Positions 56,150 to 60,688 of a DNA stretch of 60,688 nt are shown here, one piece after another (the first letter of the stretch is position 1; every line of letters starts with the position of its first letter). The stretch spans positions 1-60,688 of the forward strand of contig JAANOX010000229.1 of NCBI GenBank assembly GCA_020184695.1. Direction: 5' to 3'. Position numbers and translations under genes: made by a program. The DNA comes from Histomonas meleagridis 2922-C6/04-290x. Its lineage: Eukaryota; Protista; Parabasalia. The notes beneath the pieces were generated by a model. That model saw only the letters and a list, made by a program, of their open reading frames with translations, did not search any database and was not told where the DNA came from.

Positions 56150-59100
56150 CTATATGGCACCTTTTTCACTAAGTAATTGATTTATTTCTCTGAAACCCAA
56201 CTGTTTAGCAATTTCAATTGCTGTTTCAAATTATTAAAACATATATCAAACTACTAAAACATATTTCAAATTATTAAAACATATATAAAATTATTCAAAT
56301 GAATATCTTTTGCATTAATATCAATTCCTTTATCTAAAAGTAATTTTACTATTTCTATATTATTATTTTCAACTGCTATATGAAGTGCTGTTTCAAATTA
56401 TTAAAACATATTCCAAATTATTAAAACACATTCCAAATTATTAAAACATATTTCAAATTATTAAAACATATTTCAAATTATTAAAACATATTTCAAATTA
56501 TTAAAACATATATAAAATTATTAAAACATATTTTAAATTATTAAAACATATTCTAAATTATTAAAACATATTCTAAATTATTAAAACATATATAAAATTA
56601 TTAAAACATATTTTAAATTATTAAAACATATTCTAAATTATTAAAACATATTTCAAATTATTAAAACATATTTCAAATTATTAAAATGAATATTTTTTGC
56701 ATTAACATCAATTCCTTCTTTATCTAAAAGTAATTTTACTATTTCTATATTATTATTTCTAACTGCTATATGAAGTGCTGTTTCAAATTATTAAAACATA
56801 TTTCAAATTATTAAAACATATATAAAATTATTAAAACATATTTCAAATTATTAAAACATATATAAAATTATTAAAACATATTTCAAATTATTAAAACATA
56901 TTCTAAATTATTAAAACATATTTCAAATTATTAAAACATATTTCAAATTATTAAAACATATATAAAATTATTAAAACATATTTCAAATTATTAAAACATA
57001 TTCTAAATTATTAAAACATATTTCAAATTATTAAAACATATTTCAAATTATTAAAACATATTCTAAATTATTAAAACATATTTCAAATTATTAAAACATA
57101 TTCCAAATTATTAAAACATATATAAAATTATTAAAACATATTTCAAATTATTAAAATGAATATTTTTTGCATTAACATCAATTCCTTCTTTATCTAAAAG
57201 TAATTTTACTATTTCTATATTATTATTTCTAACTGCTATATGAAGTGCTGTTTCAAATTATTAAAACATATTTCAAATTATTAAAACATATTTCAAATTA
57301 TTAAAACATATATAAAATTATTAAAACACATTCCAAATTATTAAAACATATATAAAATTATTAAAACATATTTTAAATTATTAAAACATATTCTAAATTA
57401 TTAAAACATATTTCAAATTATTAAAACATATTCTAAATTATTAAAACATATTTTAAATTATTAAAACATATTCTAAATTATTAAAACATATTTTAAATTA
57501 TTAAAACATATTCTAAATTATTAAAACATATATAAAATTATTAAAACATATTTCAAATTATTAAAACATATTTCAAATTATTAAAACATATTTCAAATTA
57601 TTAAAACATATTCTAAATTATTCAAATGAATATTTTTTGCATTAACATCAATTCCTTCTTTATCTAAAAGTAATTTTACTATTTCTATATTATTATTTCT
57701 AACTGCTATATGAAGTGCTGTTTCAAATTATTAAAACATATTTCAAATTATTAAAACATATATAAAATTATTAAAACATATTTCAAATTATTAAAACATA
57801 TTCTAAATTATTAAAACATATATAAAATTATTAAAACATATTCTAAATTATTAAAACATATTCTAAATTATTAAAACATATTTCAAATTATTAAAACATA
57901 TTTCAAATTATTAAAACATATTCTAAATTATTAAAACATATTTCAAATTATTAAAACATATTCCAAATTATTAAAACATATATAAAATTATTAAAACATA
58001 TTTCAAATTATTAAAATGAATATTTTTTGCATTAACATCAATTCCTTCTTTATCTAAAAGTAATTTTACTATTTCTATATTATTATTTTCAACTGCTATA
58101 TGAAGTGCTGTTTCAAATTATTAAAACATATTTCAAATTATTAAAACACATTCCAAATTATTAAAACATATTTCAAATTATTAAAACATATTTCAAATTA
58201 TTAAAACATATTTCAAATTATTAAAACATATTCTAAATTATTAAAACATATTTCAAATTATTAAAACATATTTTAAATTATTAAAACATATTCTAAATTA
58301 TTAAAACATATATAAAATTATTAAAACATATTTTAAATTATTAAAACATATTCCAAATTATTAAAACATATATAAAATTATTAAAACATATTTCAAATTA
58401 TTAAAATGAATATTTTTTGCATTAACATCAATTCCTTCTTTATCTAAAAGTAATTTTACTATTTCTATATTATTATTTCTAACTGCTATATGAAGTGCTG
58501 TTTCAAATTATTAAAACATATTTCAAATTATTAAAACATATTTCAAATTATTAAAACATATATAAAATTATTAAAACATATATAAAATTATTAAAACATA
58601 TTTTAAATTATTAAAACATATTCTAAATTATTAAAACATATATAAAATTATTAAAACATATTTTAAATTATTAAAACATATTCTAAATTATTAAAACATA
58701 TTTCAAATTATTAAAACATATTCTAAATTATTAAAACATATTTTAAATTATTAAAACATATTCTAAATTATTAAAACATATATAAAATTATTAAAACATA
58801 TTTTAAATTATTAAAACATATTCTAAATTATTAAAACATATATAAAATTATTAAAACATATTTTAAATTATTAAAACATATTTCAAATTATTAAAACATA
58901 TTTCAAATTATTAAAACATATTTCAAATTATTAAAACATATTTCAAATTATTAAAACATATTCTAAATTATTCAAATGAATATTTTTTGCATTAACATCA
59001 ATTCCTTCTTTATCTAAAAGTAATTTTACTATTTCTATATTATTATTTCTAACTGCTATATGAAGTGCTGTTTCAAATTATTAAAACATATTTCAAATTA

Positions 59101-60688
59101 TTAAAACATATATAAAATTATTAAAACATATTTTAAATTATTAAAACATATTCTAAATTATTAAAACATATTTTAAATTATTAAAACATATTCCAAATTA
59201 TTAAAACATATTTCAAATTATTAAAACATATTCTAAATTATTCAAATGAATATATTTTGCATTAACATCAATTCCTTCTTTATCTAGAAGTAATTTTACT
59301 ATTTCTATATTATTATTTCTAACTGCTATATGAAGTGCTGTTTCAAATTATTAAAACATATTTCAAATTATTAAAACATATTTCAAATTATTAAAACATA
59401 TATAAAATTATTAAAACATATTTCAAATTATTAAAACATATTTCAAATTATTAAAACATATATAAAATTATTAAAACATATATAAAATTATTAAAACATA
59501 TATTAAATTATTCGAATGAATAGTTTTTGCATTAATATCAATTCCTTTATCTAAAAGTAATTTTACTATTTCTATATTATTATTTTTAACTGCTATATGA
59601 AGTGCTGTTTCAAATTATTAAAACATATTTCAAATTATTAAAACATATTTCAAATTATTAAAACATATATAAAATTATTAAAACATATATAAAATTATTA
59701 AAACATATATCAAATTATTAAAACATATTTTAAATTATTAAAACATATTCTAAATTATTAAAACATATTTCAAATTATTAAAACATATTCTAAATTATTA
59801 AAATGAATATTTTTTGCATTAACATCAATTCCTTCTTTATCTAAAAGTAATTTTACTATTTCTATATTATTATTTCTAACTGCTATATGAAGTGCTGTTT
59901 CAAATTATTAAAACATATTTCAAATTATTAAAACATATATAAAATTATTAAAACATATATAAAATTATTAAAACATATTTCAAATTATTAAAACATATTT
60001 TAAATTATTAAAACATATTCTAAATTATTCAAATGAATATATTTTGCATTAACATCAATTCCTTCTTTATCTAAAAGTAATTTTATTATTTCTATATTAT
60101 TATTTCTAACTGCTATATGAAGTGCTGTTTCAAATTATTAAAACATATATAAAATTATTAAAACATATTTTAAATTATTAAAACATATTCTAAATTATTC
60201 AAATGAATATATTTTGCATTAACATCAATTCCTTCTTTATCTAGAAGTAATTTTATTATTTCTATATTATTATTTCTAACTGCTATATGAAGTGCTGTTG
60301 CAAATAATTAAAACATATTCCAAATTATTAAAACATATATAAAATTATTAAAACATATTCCAAATTATTAAAACATATTCCAAATTATTAAAACATATTC
60401 CAAATTATTAAAACATATTCCAAATTATTAAAACATATTCTAAATTATTAAAACATATTTCAAATTATTAAAATATACATTAAATTATCCAAATGAATAG
60501 TTTTTGCATTAACATCAATTCCTCTATCTAAAAGTAATTTTACTATTTCTATATTTCCTGATTTAACTGAATATGGTAAAATTGTTTTAGGAATTTGATG
60601 ACTTTCTATATCACTTTCTATCATGAATGTATTTCCTTTTGATGCTATTTCTTCTATAATTTTATTATTTATTTTCACTAACCATGGT
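56150..60688 (-). CDS. Interrupted ankyrin-repeat gene: upstream segment, 12 single-repeat modules and a C-terminal capping repeat, separated by 20-bp arrays (5' end runs off the window)
   Basis: Modules of 96/99 nt encode ETALHIAV[R/E/K]NNNIEI[V/I]KLLLDK(E)GID[V/I]NAK[N/Y/T/D]IH. They lie at 56299-56394, 56686-56784, 57156-57254, 57626-57724, 58016-58114, 58406-58504, 58976-59074, 59246-59344, 59516-59611, 59803-59901, 60033-60131 and 60203-60301. The cap ETAIEIAKQLGFREINQLLSEKGAI* is at 56150-56227. The upstream frame 60493-60687 is open to the edge. Expression as one protein is unproven. Confidence 0.6.
56228..60492. repeat. Thirteen arrays of a 20-bp unit (aaattattaaaacata+NNNN; NNNN = tttc, ttct, tata, tttt or ttcc) interleaved with ankyrin modules
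   Basis: Each array measures 11+20n bp between coding modules. In gene order (60492 down to 56228) n = 9, 3, 6, 9, 8, 8, 23, 14, 14, 18, 18, 14, 3, counted from coordinates. Confidence 0.97.

Noticed and set aside
56150-60492. CRISPR array
   Set aside because: The architecture is superficially repeat-spacer. However, the constant parts encode ankyrin repeats, the variable parts are themselves tandem repeats rather than unique spacers, the context is eukaryotic and there are no cas genes.
56228-60492. Serial +1 frameshifting at ATT-stop as the way through the arrays
   Set aside because: It restores frame only when the copy number is odd (3, 9, 23). Eight of the 13 arrays have even n (6, 8, 8, 14, 14, 14, 18, 18).
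56228-60492. Read-through by a TAA/TAG=Gln genetic code
   Set aside because: Seven of 13 spacers are not a multiple of 3 long, TGA also occurs in the arrays, and conserved genes here (RPS18, VPS13, ATG2-like) terminate at TAA.
56228-60492. Ordinary spliceosomal introns
   Set aside because: No GT or GC donor is in phase with the available AG, and the Trichomonas ACTAACACACAG 3' motif is absent. Any acceptor further upstream would retain an in-frame TAA.
60460-60678. Stand-alone 72-aa protein starting at 60678
   Set aside because: The start is a GTG and the frame is open to the window edge. The last 10 residues are translated array sequence.

Overview
AT-rich, intron-poor eukaryotic DNA, most likely from a parabasalid protist (Trichomonas/Tritrichomonas/Histomonas-like). 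This is inferred from two IBP39-type Inr-binding-domain genes, a BspA leucine-rich-repeat gene, an ankyrin array and Trichomonas-type core promoter motifs. The window holds about 23 protein genes: ATG2-like, cornichon, SFT2, BspA, VPS13, importin alpha, cap N7-methyltransferase, RPS18, CAMK kinase, Kelch, HxxxDG acyltransferase, ENTH/NPF protein, GH99-like, TRM9 and several hypotheticals. It also has five intact tRNA genes, one tRNA fragment, several decayed remnants and two tandem arrays. The most striking element is at 56150-60688 on the minus strand. It is an ankyrin-repeat gene whose coding modules are all intact, with a proper C-terminal capping repeat and stop codon. Each of its 13 inter-repeat junctions is interrupted at the same codon by 3-23 copies of a stop-containing 20-bp unit that has no usable GT-AG splice sites. 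Keeping one codon per junction restores exact 33/34-aa ankyrin periodicity. This points to an unexplained removal mechanism (non-canonical splicing, DNA excision or ribosomal bypass) or to a repeat-amplified pseudogene. All family assignments come from motif recognition by eye; no database search was run.
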